Shown one piece after another: positions 29,020 through 40,831 of a DNA stretch of 64,000 nucleotides. Each line of letters starts with the position of its first letter. Within the stretch, counting starts at the first letter, position 1. Where the stretch lies: NCBI GenBank assembly GCA_965223335.1, contig OZ244991.1:95231-159230 (forward strand), written 5' to 3'. The stretch comes from Thermodesulfobacteriota bacterium. GTDB lineage: Bacteria > Desulfobacterota_D > UBA1144 > Nemesobacterales > UBA2774. The notes under the pieces were generated by a model that made no database searches, was not told the DNA's origin, and worked only from the letters and a program-made list of their open reading frames with translations. Position numbers and translations under genes: made by a program.

Positions 29020-30834
29020 TTAAAACTCGATCTGTCCAAACCCGTCCCCACCGAGACCAATGTCCTCAATTAAGTCCCCGTCTACATCCCCTATAAAGCT
29101 TACATTTAGCCCAAGCCCGGTTTGTCCCATGTTGGCATTTATTATTACTTCTGCATTAGACGCCGCTACTGTAGCCGGCAGGTTGTCCCTGCCAAAGAAC
29201 AGATAGAACGTCCCGGTTTCTGTGCCCGGAGCACCCACTCCCACATCAGCGTTGGTAATCTGGAGGTCGAGCACCGTTGCGGTAGATCGGTCCCGTGTCT
29301 CTACCACCGGGGTTACAAAATCATAGACCTGCACAGACTGCCCAAACAGATCCCCCTCGTTAGTACCCTGGAACACGGTTGATGAAGCGGGCATAGTACC
29401 GTTTTGATTGGCATCGTCGATTGCCTGACCCGAATACAAGAACACGGAACCGGTGTCGTTATTAGCCCCGGGTGCGCCCACAACCACATCCGACAACCCC
29501 TCTCCATCGTCGTCCACATCCCCTCCCGACAGGCTTGTACCAAAACCGGCTGCACCGCTCTGCTCAAGTATCACTACATCGGTCAGGTCCACTGATAGGT
29601 CCTGGCTCTGGACGTTGCTTTTCCCGAATATCACATATGCCTTATTTGCTCCGGGGGCACCCACACCCAGGTCATCACGGTTGTTGTTGTCCACCTCACC
29701 CACACCTGCAACATCGAACCCAAACAAATTTCCCTGGGCCTGCCCAGTGTAAACAGCCTGGGCATCCCCTGCACTGTTGGGTCCGTCAATGTTTAGGTTA
29801 CGTCCCTTAAACACATAGGCCTTTCCTGTGTTTGCCAATGCGTTAGGGGCCCCTGCGAGAAATACTCCCCTGCCGTCTGTTATGCCGTCTCCGTCTCCTA
29901 CCGAGAACCCGAAATTATCGCCGGGGTTCTCACCCGTTATCTCAATACGCGATTCACTGCCGTTTATTAGATCAATCACACTTGGTAGCGCAGAGCTCCC
30001 GAACACGACATATACTTTGCCCCTGCCGCTGTCGAACCCCGGTGCACCTATGACCAACTCCTGCGCATCCCGGTTACCGTCAAAATCAACAATACCCGCC
30101 ACCGACGCCCCGAACTGATCCGATGCGTTCCCGATTATGGTTACGTCTGCCTCTGATACGTCTATTGAGCCCATACTGCCTTCAGTGATATCCTGTCGCC
30201 CGAAAAATATATACACTCTCCCCACACACGGATCACCAATCGCGATATCGTTAAAAGGAATATTATCGTCGTCAAGTCCCGCATCGAAGTTGCCACCCGT
30301 GACCGATGCTCCGAGGCATGTGCCCTGCTCGGTGCTTAGATATTGCACGGGGCTCAGAATCGTGTTGACCTCAACCACGTTTGAGGGCCTGGACGAGTTG
30401 CCTACTTCGTCGTTTGTACGAATCGCATAGTAATAATTAATAGTGCCAGAGATATCTAGCCTGGGTGGCAGGAAGCTCTGTGGACTGCCTGCTACGTCGG
30501 GTGACTGAAAGTCCGGGATCTGGGTCGCGATATCGAAATTGTTCTGGACCGCTTGTTCTATATCAGAAAATGGTACTCCGTCAAGTGACGGTACACCCAG
30601 AATCTCAGCAACCTGGGTGTCCTCCAAGTACCTCACAAAATATATCGTTGCCTTACCCGAGTTGCCGTCATCTCCCGGAGCCGTCCAGCTAAGGATCCTG
30701 TTGAGAGGGTCAAACGACAGGTCCTCTATCTGAGCGGGCGGGGTCCCGTCGCCCACACTGCACGATAGCCCAAATAATAAAAACGCTAGACACAGAGCTA
30801 GCGTCGGCAGTCTAAATACCATTTTCATTTTCAT
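29020..30834 (-). CDS. Lipoprotein with a fibronectin-III-like domain and FG-GAP (integrin-alpha-like beta-propeller) repeats
   Basis: Lipobox FGLSC; LSWTAPGDDG; repeated FG.SV...DxDGD...VGAP...G.VYV.FG units. Confidence 0.85.
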   Translation of the reverse strand: MKMKMVFRLPTLALCLAFLLFGLSCSVGDGTPPAQIEDLSFDPLNRILSWTAPGDDGNSGKATIYFVRYLEDTQVAEILGVPSLDGVPFSDIEQAVQNNFDIATQIPDFQSPDVAGSPQSFLPPRLDISGTINYYYAIRTNDEVGNSSRPSNVVEVNTILSPVQYLSTEQGTCLGASVTGGNFDAGLDDDNIPFNDIAIGDPCVGRVYIFFGRQDITEGSMGSIDVSEADVTIIGNASDQFGASVAGIVDFDGNRDAQELVIGAPGFDSGRGKVYVVFGSSALPSVIDLINGSESRIEITGENPGDNFGFSVGDGDGITDGRGVFLAGAPNALANTGKAYVFKGRNLNIDGPNSAGDAQAVYTGQAQGNLFGFDVAGVGEVDNNNRDDLGVGAPGANKAYVIFGKSNVQSQDLSVDLTDVVILEQSGAAGFGTSLSGGDVDDDGEGLSDVVVGAPGANNDTGSVFLYSGQAIDDANQNGTMPASSTVFQGTNEGDLFGQSVQVYDFVTPVVETRDRSTATVLDLQITNADVGVGAPGTETGTFYLFFGRDNLPATVAASNAEVIINANMGQTGLGLNVSFIGDVDGDLIEDIGLGGDGFGQIEF

Positions 30835-30970
30835 ATATTATGTCCTTATCCGCCTTTACTTAAATCATAGGAGTGTACCGAACAAATATAAATAATCCAA
30901 AACCCTCGCGGCAAGAAAATTTGATAGCTCCCAAGCCTTATGGTAATTTCCATCATCCAAAACCTGTTAA

Positions 30971-32260
<1,290 letters not shown>

Positions 32261-32364
32261 CTGCTACACAGGTTAATGTAGCCGTCGGCACTAAGGACGC
32301 ACCGGAATTAATGCACATTTTTTCCGTGTATAATATTAATATTATTTAAAAAGAGGAAGTTAAC

Positions 32365-33789
32365 ATGTCAGCTACTACACTGTTTGAAAAAATATGGCAA
32401 TCTCACGTCGTATATGAAGAAACGGATCGACCCACACTGATCTATATAGACCTGCATTTGGTGCACGAAGTCACCTCACCGCAGGCATTCGAGGGTCTAA
32501 GGCTTGCCAACAGACGAGTTCGCAGACCCGACCTCACATTTGCCACCAAGGATCACAATGTACCTACCACCGACAGGTCATTGCCCATCGAAGACCCTAT
32601 ATCGGCCAAGCAGATGGAGGTACTGCGGGAGAACTGCGAAGAGTTCGGGATCACTCTTTTCGGCCTCACCATAAATCCAGACGACCAGGGGATCGTGCAC
32701 GTTATTGGCCCCGAGCTCGGGCTTACTAAGCCCGGCATGACAATAGTATGCGGCGACAGCCACACCTCAACGCACGGGGCCTTCGGGGCACTCGCATTCG
32801 GAATCGGCACAAGCGAGGTAGAACACGTGTTGGCTACCCAGTGCCTAAGACAAAACCGCCCAAAGGTCTTTGAGATTAAGGTCGATGGAAAGCGCGGCTA
32901 TGGTGTAACAGCAAAAGACATCATACTCAGCATCATAGGCCATATCGGTACAGCCGGTGCCACAGGTACCGTGATTGAGTACAGGGGCGAGGCCATCGAG
33001 ACACTCTCTATGGAAGAGAGGATGACCATATGCAATATGTCTATCGAGGGAGGGGCAAGGGCTGGGATGATAGCTCCGGACCAAAAGACCTTCGATTATA
33101 TAAAGGGACGTCGGTACGCGCCATCGGGCACAGAATTCGATGAAGCAGTCGAGTACTGGAAAACACTAAAGACCGACCCGGGGGCCGAGTTCGATAAAAG
33201 CATCACACTCGACGCCGCCGCAATGGCGCCACAGGTTAGCTGGGGTACCAACCCGGGGATGGTAGCGGATATAACCTCTCGTATTCCCGACCCTGCCTCT
33301 TACAAAGACGAAAACAGCCGCAAGGCTGTGAAACAAGCGCTCGAGTACATGGGGCTTCAGGCCGGGCAAAAGATAGAGGATATAAAAATCGACCGTGTAT
33401 TCATAGGCTCCTGCACCAACTCCAGGATAGAAGACCTTACAAAAGCGGCACGAATTGTTAAGGGCAATAAAGTATCGAACCATGTGCGTGCCATGGTTGT
33501 CCCAGGCTCACAGAATATAAAACGCCAAGCTGAGAAGCTCGGTCTCGATAAAGTATTTACAGATGCAGGGTTCGAGTGGAGAGAATCGGGCTGCAGCATG
33601 TGCTTGGGTATGAACCCCGATATTCTTGAGCCCGGCGAGAGGTGTGCCAGCACCTCAAACCGCAACTTTGAGGGCCGTCAGGGTAAAGGCGGGCGCACCC
33701 ACCTGGTTAGCCCCGAGATGGCCGCAGCCGCAGCACTAAAGGGCCACTTCACCGACATAAGAGAGTGGGACTTGGACAAAGAATTATAA
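32365..33789 (+). CDS. leuC: 3-isopropylmalate dehydratase large subunit
   Basis: [29 protein letters not shown] and [12 protein letters not shown] motifs. Confidence 0.98.
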   Translation: MSATTLFEKIWQSHVVYEETDRPTLIYIDLHLVHEVTSPQAFEGLRLANRRVRRPDLTFATKDHNVPTTDRSLPIEDPISAKQMEVLRENCEEFGITLFGLTINPDDQGIVHVIGPELGLTKPGMTIVCGDSHTSTHGAFGALAFGIGTSEVEHVLATQCLRQNRPKVFEIKVDGKRGYGVTAKDIILSIIGHIGTAGATGTVIEYRGEAIETLSMEERMTICNMSIEGGARAGMIAPDQKTFDYIKGRRYAPSGTEFDEAVEYWKTLKTDPGAEFDKSITLDAAAMAPQVSWGTNPGMVADITSRIPDPASYKDENSRKAVKQALEYMGLQAGQKIEDIKIDRVFIGSCTNSRIEDLTKAARIVKGNKVSNHVRAMVVPGSQNIKRQAEKLGLDKVFTDAGFEWRESGCSMCLGMNPDILEPGERCASTSNRNFEGRQGKGGRTHLVSPEMAAAAALKGHFTDIREWDLDKEL

Positions 33790-33802
33790 ATAGGAGACAG
33801 AT

Positions 33803-34396
33803 ATGGAACCGCTTAGAATAGTAGACGGGATATTAGCACCACTGGACAGGATGAATGTAGACACCGACCAAATAATCCCCAAACAGTTTTTAAAGAGGAT
33901 CGAGAGGACGGGGTTCGGAGAGTTCCTGTTCTTTGATTGGCGCTACAATGAAGACGGCACCATAAACGAGGAATTTGAGTTAAACCACGAGCATCACCAA
34001 GGGGCCAGAATACTTGTTTCCCGTCACAATTTCGGCAGCGGCAGCTCACGAGAACACGCTCCTTGGGCACTTCATGAGTACGGGTTTAAGGTTATTATCG
34101 CCCCGTCGTTCGCAGATATTTTTTACAACAACTGCTTTAAAAACGGGATGCTCCCAATCATACTCCCCGAAGACACGGTCGATGAGCTATTTAAGAGAGT
34201 CTATTCCACCAAAGGGTATTGGCTAGAGGTAAACCTGGAAGATCAGACCATAAGCGGAGAGGACGGTTTTAAGGCGAGCTTCGATGTAGACGAGTTTAGA
34301 AAAAAATGCCTGTTAGAGGGCCTGGACGACATCGCTCTCTCACTACAGCACGAAGACGCAATCGAGAATTACGAACAGACCACTAAACGGTATTAA
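33803..34396 (+). CDS. leuD: 3-isopropylmalate dehydratase small subunit
   Basis: [24 protein letters not shown] and GLDDIALSL motifs. Confidence 0.98.
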   Translation: MEPLRIVDGILAPLDRMNVDTDQIIPKQFLKRIERTGFGEFLFFDWRYNEDGTINEEFELNHEHHQGARILVSRHNFGSGSSREHAPWALHEYGFKVIIAPSFADIFYNNCFKNGMLPIILPEDTVDELFKRVYSTKGYWLEVNLEDQTISGEDGFKASFDVDEFRKKCLLEGLDDIALSLQHEDAIENYEQTTKRY

Positions 34397-34543
34397 ACTG
34401 TCCTATACAATAATCCCTCTCGGCAATTTCAGTGCTGAACACCCATCTAATGCTACATACCGACAGGTATAGCGCACTATACAAGATATAAATCCAATCA
34501 CCCCTATCTACTCTAACTAATTAGTTTTATCCCCATCAACAAA

Positions 34544-34559
34544 CGGCACGATAATTGCA
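34544..34559 (+). promoter_or_regulatory. Sigma-54 binding site upstream of rpoN
   Basis: CGGCACGATAATTGCA, a near-perfect match to YGGCACG-N4-TTGCW. Confidence 0.8.
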
Positions 34560-34650
34560 CTAGCATTTTAGACAAATAGGCTTTATGATTGTAATATATA
34601 TATAACGAGCTTAGAGTTCTGTATGGATATTGGAGTGCAAAGGAAATGTA

Positions 34651-36159
34651 ATGAGCAGCCCCCAATTAGGACAGATAACATCTCAAAAGCAGGTATTACA
34701 ACAGCGCCTAATACTCACTCAGGAGCTGCAGCTTTTTCTAAAACTCATCCAGATGACCACTCTTGAATTAAAAGACTATCTGGAAGAGCAGCTCATCGAA
34801 AACCCCACCCTAGAAGAATCAGAAGAACGCACTGACTCTGACAGCTCAGACGATATCGATCTATCCAAGATCGCCGAGCAAAACGGCATCGGGGACGATA
34901 ACGGGGACATGCCTCATTACTCGTCATCCCGCGAACTCATAGACAACTCCGAGGACGATAACCTCTGGGAAAACCGAGTAACATCGGCAGAAACACTCAT
35001 TGACCACCTGCGTTGGCAGCTAAAGATCTCGGACCTGACAGAACAAGAAAAATCTATTGCAAATATTATAGTGGGCAACACCAATGAAGACGGCTACTTG
35101 GAGTCGGATATCCACGACATAGCACAACAAGTGATCATGGAGACTCTGGAGAGGACCAATGCCGAGATAAACGGTAATTCTATAGAGGTTGACGACAACA
35201 CACTCTCTCGGATAAATACCGTATTACATAGGCTGCAAACCACGTTAGACCCCTTGGCAGTATGTTCCAGGGACCTAAAAGAGTGCCTTATGATACAGGC
35301 CGTAGACCTCGGCTACAGTGAAGACACCACGGTTTATAGGCTTATAAACGATCATCTCGACAGCATCTGTGACAACGAGCACGATGAATTAGCTGCGCTT
35401 TTAGGCACTAATATAGAGGACATAAGTGAATCCCTCGCAGTCATCTCTTCATTGGAGCCCAAACCGGGCAGACCGTTTTTCAAAAAAGATTCAGAGAGAT
35501 ACATTGTCCCCGACTTCTATGTATTTAAAGTCGGAAACGAGTTCCAGGTCCAACTTAACCGCGAATTCCCCCGGGTACGCATTAGCAACTACTACAGAAA
35601 TCTGATCAAAAAAGAAAAGACACTCCCGCCCGAGGCCAAAGTATTTATAAAAGAGAAACTAGAAGCAGCGCAAAGGATACTTAAATGCCTAGAGGAGCGC
35701 GAGGCTGCAGTTAAAAAAATCATCTCTAAAATCGTAGAGGTACAAAAAGACTTTTTTGAGCACGGCCGCAACTACATAAAACCGCTTATTCTTAAAGACA
35801 TAGCAGACGAAGTTGGAGTACACGAATCCACAGTAAGCCGCATAACGAGCAGAAGATACATTCAGACGCCCCAGGGCACAATTGAGCTGAAGTCCTTGTT
35901 TTCAAGAAAAATTGAGACCTCTCATGGCAAAGAGATGTCATTTGAGAGAGTAAAATCGATAATAAAAGAGATCGTATCCGGTGAAATGCCCCAAAGCCCC
36001 TATTCGGATGAAGATATATCCAAGATATTGGAGCGAAGAAACATTAAGGTAGCGCGACGCACTGTTGCAAAATACAGAAAAATACTTAAAATACCTTCTT
36101 CTTCAGCTAGAGCTAAACAGAAAAGGGGTATGAAGAATGACGATAACAGTAACCACTAG
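34651..36159 (+). CDS. rpoN: RNA polymerase sigma-54 factor
   Basis: Gln/Leu-rich region I, ENPTLE, HESTVSR and RpoN box ARRTVAKYR. The ORF extends to 34630. Confidence 0.97.
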   Translation: MSSPQLGQITSQKQVLQQRLILTQELQLFLKLIQMTTLELKDYLEEQLIENPTLEESEERTDSDSSDDIDLSKIAEQNGIGDDNGDMPHYSSSRELIDNSEDDNLWENRVTSAETLIDHLRWQLKISDLTEQEKSIANIIVGNTNEDGYLESDIHDIAQQVIMETLERTNAEINGNSIEVDDNTLSRINTVLHRLQTTLDPLAVCSRDLKECLMIQAVDLGYSEDTTVYRLINDHLDSICDNEHDELAALLGTNIEDISESLAVISSLEPKPGRPFFKKDSERYIVPDFYVFKVGNEFQVQLNREFPRVRISNYYRNLIKKEKTLPPEAKVFIKEKLEAAQRILKCLEEREAAVKKIISKIVEVQKDFFEHGRNYIKPLILKDIADEVGVHESTVSRITSRRYIQTPQGTIELKSLFSRKIETSHGKEMSFERVKSIIKEIVSGEMPQSPYSDEDISKILERRNIKVARRTVAKYRKILKIPSSSARAKQKRGMKNDDNSNH

Positions 36160-36691
36160 ACATATTAGCGACAGAAAAAAAGCCGAGGAATTAAAAGCAT
36201 ACGCACTCAAGAAAACAAAAAGGATCGAACGTTACACCAAAGCACACCGCGGCCCCTCGGACCTAAAATTCATACTCACCTCAGAGAAGTACAGATATAT
36301 CGTAGAGATAACTATTAACTCAGGCCCCCTTAAGGTTACAAACAAAGTAGAGACCGACGACATGCACACAGCAATCGACAGCGCTGTGGATAGCGTTATA
36401 AGACAGTTAAAAAAAGAGTCTCAGAAGATGATCAAATCCAAAAGACGCGTCGGTGCCAAGTCCAAAGAAGAGAGCTCTATGACACGTGCAATGGCCACCG
36501 AAACTCCAAAAAGTGCCGCACAAAAAATTACACGAAGAAAACTGCCTTCAAAACCTATGTCCACTGAAGAGGCAACACTTCAACTCGACCTCTCAGATAA
36601 CGGTTTTGTAACATACATTGACAGTGAGACCGGGAACCAAAACATCGTATTTCGTGACAAACGAGGCAAAATAATACTAATCGAACCCTAG
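36137..36691 (+). CDS. hpf: Ribosome hibernation promoting factor (long HPF/RaiA)
   Basis: ITVTTRH, DMHTAIDSAVD..RQLKK and C-terminal KPMSTEEA; follows rpoN. Confidence 0.9.
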   Translation: MTITVTTRHISDRKKAEELKAYALKKTKRIERYTKAHRGPSDLKFILTSEKYRYIVEITINSGPLKVTNKVETDDMHTAIDSAVDSVIRQLKKESQKMIKSKRRVGAKSKEESSMTRAMATETPKSAAQKITRRKLPSKPMSTEEATLQLDLSDNGFVTYIDSETGNQNIVFRDKRGKIILIEP

Positions 36692-36708
36692 CACGACAAC
36701 CTGTTGAT

Positions 36709-37170
36709 ATGAAACTAGCCGATGTCTTAAGCAAGCAGGATATCCTCCCACACCTACTATCTACCAATAAACAGGACCTGATCACAGAGCTTGTTACAAA
36801 ACTCGCAACAACCTATACCAACATTAACAAAGAGCAGTTAATAGAGAGCTTATTGGCAAGGGAGGCAATGTGCAGCACAGCGGTTGACCACGGGGTTGCA
36901 ATCCCGCATGCAAGGATTCAGGGGCTGGCCGAGATAATAGCTGTGTTCGGAAGGAGTGTAGAAGGTGTGGATTTCGAATCGCTTGACGGCAAACCCACAC
37001 ATCTTTTTGTTCTGGTTCTAGCCCCCGAAGGCTCTGACAGTGCATATATCAACATACTGGCTCGTATCTCAAAGATATTCCGAAACGAGGAGCTAAGAGG
37101 GGCTTTGATGCAAAACACAAACCCTGAAGATATTTACGACACTATTATCAGTGAAGATGCAAAAATCTAA
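36709..37170 (+). CDS. ptsN: PTS EIIA (Ntr/fructose type)
   Basis: RE...STAVDHGVAIPHA and GVDFESLDGKP; rpoN operon context. Confidence 0.88.
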   Translation: MKLADVLSKQDILPHLLSTNKQDLITELVTKLATTYTNINKEQLIESLLAREAMCSTAVDHGVAIPHARIQGLAEIIAVFGRSVEGVDFESLDGKPTHLFVLVLAPEGSDSAYINILARISKIFRNEELRGALMQNTNPEDIYDTIISEDAKI

Positions 37171-38119
37171 AAAATCTCTTATCAATCTGGATGTCGATGA
37201 GCTAAATAGAGCTTGGTCAGTGGAGCTTGAGCTCGAGCTCATAGCCGGTCACAAGGGGCTCCAGAGAGCGATCAATCAAAACAGGGTCCAGAAACCGGGA
37301 CTAAGGTTAATTGACACTCAGATACAGCTTGAATCAGGCAAGATACAGATACTCGGGAGGACCGAAATATCGTATTTCGACAAGCTTAGCACCGAAGAAA
37401 AACACAGGGTCCGCGAAAGCCTCTCCTCACAGAACGTCCCCTGCTTTATTGTCACAAAGGGGCTCGTGCCCCATGAGCTATTCGCGAGCGCCTGCGATGA
37501 AAAGAATATCCCGATATTTAGGACAGAACTAAACACAGGCAAGATCATATCCATGCTAAACTCGCTTTTAGATGAGCATTTCGCACCATTTATAACAGTG
37601 CACGGGGTGCTCATGGACATACACCGGCTAGGGGTGTTAATACTGGGTCAAAGCGGGATAGGCAAGAGCGAGTGCGCACTTGACTTAATATTGAGGGGTT
37701 CTAAACTCATTGCAGATGATATCGTAGAGATACGCAGAGTCGGCGCCGATAAGTTAGTGGGCACAGGGCCCAAGCAAATCAAACACTTGATGGAGATTCG
37801 CGGCGTTGGTATCATTAACATTAAAGATCTTTACGGCACCGCATCTGTACTAAACTCGCGCGCGATCGACCTGGTCATGGAGCTATCGGAATGGGACCCG
37901 GATGTGGAGTACGACCGTCTGGGCATAGACGAAAACAGCTATAAAATTCTAGACGTTGACGTGCCTTTTTTAATTGTCCCTGTAAGTCCCGGGCGCAATA
38001 TGGCTACTATTGTAGAGGTAGCTGTACGTAACGAATTACTTAAAAAGAGCGGGGTCCATACTGCGGAAAAGCTATACAAAGAACAGATTGACAGTATTAA
38101 AAACAAACAAGATCTATGA
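37157..38119 (+). CDS. hprK: HPr kinase/phosphorylase
   Basis: VHGVL, GQSGIGKSECAL, IADD, MEIRGVGII and PGRN motifs. Confidence 0.96.
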   Translation: MQKSKKSLINLDVDELNRAWSVELELELIAGHKGLQRAINQNRVQKPGLRLIDTQIQLESGKIQILGRTEISYFDKLSTEEKHRVRESLSSQNVPCFIVTKGLVPHELFASACDEKNIPIFRTELNTGKIISMLNSLLDEHFAPFITVHGVLMDIHRLGVLILGQSGIGKSECALDLILRGSKLIADDIVEIRRVGADKLVGTGPKQIKHLMEIRGVGIINIKDLYGTASVLNSRAIDLVMELSEWDPDVEYDRLGIDENSYKILDVDVPFLIVPVSPGRNMATIVEVAVRNELLKKSGVHTAEKLYKEQIDSIKNKQDL

Positions 38120-38967
38120 ATAGACTTGTAATCATAAGCGGTCTCTCGGGTTCTGGAAAAAGCACTGCTGTTAAAGCACTCGAAGACCTGGGCTATTATT
38201 GTATAGACAACCTGCCGCCGACCTTACTACCTAACTTCATAGAGCTCTGCGAAGACTCGTTTACCGATATCAACAAAGTAGCCCTTGTAATAGATATTAG
38301 AGAGGGACGGTTTTTAGAACGCGCACCCGAAGTAATAAAACAGCTTAAAGCCAAAGGCCACAACCTAGACATCATATTCCTTGAGTCCACAGACACTGTT
38401 CTACTTAAACGCTATAAAGAAACAAGACGAAAACACCCACTATCTGAGGACGGCAACGTGCTCGAAGGCATAAAAAAAGAGCGCGAGATGCTGTCCGAGC
38501 TCAAGCTGCTTGCAGACTATGACATAGACACATCCGAGTTCACCGTGCATCAACTCCGTGAGGTGGTCCAAAACAAATTCGATACCCTGTCCTCCCGTAA
38601 ACTTGCCTTAAACATTCTATCTTTCGGTTATAAACACGGGTTTCCCTACGATGCCGATATTGTATTGGACGTTAGGTTTTTGCCCAACCCCTATTTCGAC
38701 GACGGACTAAAACACCTAAGCGGGAGGGACAAAGACGTAGAGGATTACATAATGAGCCATAGCGATACTCAAGTATTCATGGACAAACTGATTGATTTTC
38801 TCGAGTTTTTGGTGCCCAAGTATGAGGAAGAGGGCAAATCGTATTTAACCATCGGCATAGGCTGTACCGGGGGCAAGCACAGGTCCGTTGTTATAGCATC
38901 CAGGCTAAAAGAGGTGTTTAAGGGTTACGACCCCACAGTGCAACATAGAGACATAGAAAAAAAATAA
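38116..38967 (+). CDS. rapZ: RNase adapter RapZ
   Basis: GLSGSGKS, DNLP, ETRRKHP, SFGYKHG, DVRFLPNP and GCTGGKHRSV motifs. Confidence 0.96.
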   Translation: MNRLVIISGLSGSGKSTAVKALEDLGYYCIDNLPPTLLPNFIELCEDSFTDINKVALVIDIREGRFLERAPEVIKQLKAKGHNLDIIFLESTDTVLLKRYKETRRKHPLSEDGNVLEGIKKEREMLSELKLLADYDIDTSEFTVHQLREVVQNKFDTLSSRKLALNILSFGYKHGFPYDADIVLDVRFLPNPYFDDGLKHLSGRDKDVEDYIMSHSDTQVFMDKLIDFLEFLVPKYEEEGKSYLTIGIGCTGGKHRSVVIASRLKEVFKGYDPTVQHRDIEKK

Positions 38968-38982
38968 CGAGGAGTTTACATT

Positions 38983-39390
38983 ATGGTCGGAATCGTAGTA
39001 ATCACCCATGGTAAAGTAGCCGAAGAACTAATCTCTGCGGTAAAATTTGTTTTATCATCAAAACCCGCAGCAAAAATTGTAGGGGTCTCACTCGATCCCG
39101 GCGGTGAATTCAACACATTTAAATCCGAGATCGAAAAAGCGATCAAACAGGTAAACCAAGCCGATGGTACCCTACTTGTAACAGATATGTTCGGCGGCAC
39201 CCCGTCCAATATAAGCCTCACCTTCCTCGATAACGATAAGATTGAGGTAATCTCGGGAGTGAACCTCCCCATGCTTCTTAAACTCGCCACTGTTGCGGAT
39301 AAAGTATCGCTAGAGGAGGCTGTTAAAATCGCTGAATCGGCGGGCAGGGATAATATCATAGTGGCCAACAAGCTGCTTAAAAACAAATAG
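38983..39390 (+). CDS. PTS EIIA, mannose/fructose family
   Basis: IVVITHG, TDMFGGTPSN and SGVNLPML motifs. Confidence 0.92.
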   Translation: MVGIVVITHGKVAEELISAVKFVLSSKPAAKIVGVSLDPGGEFNTFKSEIEKAIKQVNQADGTLLVTDMFGGTPSNISLTFLDNDKIEVISGVNLPMLLKLATVADKVSLEEAVKIAESAGRDNIIVANKLLKNK

Positions 39391-39501
39391 TTAAATCTTG
39401 AGTTTTTGAGGCTCGTATAATTAAAACGGCTATATATTAACTTTGTATAATGTTATGGATAAGTTAGATTAATATATAATATCCGAATAGAGGTATATGA
39501 C

Positions 39502-39825
39502 ATGAAGGAACAAGATGTTGAAAGAATCATAGAAGCATGGAAACAGCACCTTTTGGTTGAACAACTCGAAGACTACGCATTGGAGATCGATAACTCACTG
39601 ACCCCAAAAATTGCAGCTATAGCCCTTTTTATGGATTCAAAGACAGTGCGTGCCGCAGGTGAGACAGAAGATTTTTATGAAGGCTACAAGCGGGCCGCCT
39701 TTGATTTACTTAACATGATAGGTATCGAGATAACCCAAGACGACTACATGAAAGTAATATCAGTGGTCAGAAAACAATCAGATGAACAAAAACAAGAAGA
39801 GCTAAAGAAACACATTTGGGGCTAA
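39502..39825 (+). CDS. Hypothetical protein (107 aa)
   Basis: Clean ORF with GAGG Shine-Dalgarno and upstream TATAAT boxes; no family recognised. Confidence 0.7.
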   Translation: MKEQDVERIIEAWKQHLLVEQLEDYALEIDNSLTPKIAAIALFMDSKTVRAAGETEDFYEGYKRAAFDLLNMIGIEITQDDYMKVISVVRKQSDEQKQEELKKHIWG

Positions 39826-39862
39826 AAAACCCATATAACTCGATCCAACTACACCATTTTTC

Positions 39863-40699
39863 ATGAAATTATACGACCTATTTGACCTATTTCTAATAGA
39901 TATGGACGGTGTTGTGTACCTAGGTGACAAGCCCATACCCAACGCTGTCGAAGCAATAAATGAGCTTAGGGATAAAGGCAAAAAGATAGTGTTCCTTACC
40001 AACGATCCCAGAAACACCAGAGTCGAGTACGCGAAACGGCTTACCGACATGGGGATTCATACAGAGCCACACGATATTGTGACCTCGGCGATGGCATTGG
40101 CGCAACACATTGAGTCCAACCACACAGATCTGCACAATAAAAAGGTTTATGTAGTGGGCAGCGATAAACTAAAAAAATCGGTCGAGCGCACAGGGCTTAG
40201 ACTTGTGACAGGGGAAGAGGCCAAGACCGCGGACTTCGTGGTGTTGGGAGGCCACCCCGACTTTCACTACGAAGAGATGAAAATCGCCAACCTGGCCATC
40301 CGTAACGGTGCTGAGTTTTATGCTACCAACCGTGACCCCGCGTTCCCCACTCCCGAAGGCCACGTACCCGCAACAGGTGCAATACTAGCATCTGTCGAGA
40401 TCGCATCAGGAAAGAGTGCCAAGGTCGCGGGCAAACCCGAATTAATCATGTTCGAGGTCGCCATGCTGGCCACACAAAACACAGACCGCACACGGGTTGC
40501 AGTAATCGGGGACAGGCTTGATACGGACATCTTGGGCGGTATAAACGCCGGTATTAAAACAATTTTATGCCTCTCGGGCTCAACTCACATAGACGACGTA
40601 GAGGGCTCTCAGATTATGCCCGACTTTGTAATAAGCGATCTCGGGGAGCTGTTCAAAGAAGAAGATCTATGCACTAGTTCCCGCAGGTTTGAACATTAA
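39863..40699 (+). CDS. HAD-IIA (NagD-like) phosphatase
   Basis: DMDGVV, FLTND, GKP and IGDRLDTDI motifs. Confidence 0.92.
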   Translation: MKLYDLFDLFLIDMDGVVYLGDKPIPNAVEAINELRDKGKKIVFLTNDPRNTRVEYAKRLTDMGIHTEPHDIVTSAMALAQHIESNHTDLHNKKVYVVGSDKLKKSVERTGLRLVTGEEAKTADFVVLGGHPDFHYEEMKIANLAIRNGAEFYATNRDPAFPTPEGHVPATGAILASVEIASGKSAKVAGKPELIMFEVAMLATQNTDRTRVAVIGDRLDTDILGGINAGIKTILCLSGSTHIDDVEGSQIMPDFVISDLGELFKEEDLCTSSRRFEH

Positions 40700-40831
40700 T
40701 CCCCCTCTATAAGTAATTCCAATACCAAGCACTCAAGTCTGGTAAACTTATAGCTCGGGTGTTTGTATATCACAACATTATTGATCACTAACAAATCCAT
40801 ACAAGCCAAAAGGACACCCGACTAAACAACC

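Noticed and set aside
32261-32364. Leucine attenuator, or sigma-54 site (CGGCACTAAGGACGCA), before leuC
   Set aside because: No Leu-rich leader peptide or terminator. The GG-N10-GC lacks TTGC, and a good TATAAT lies nearer the gene.
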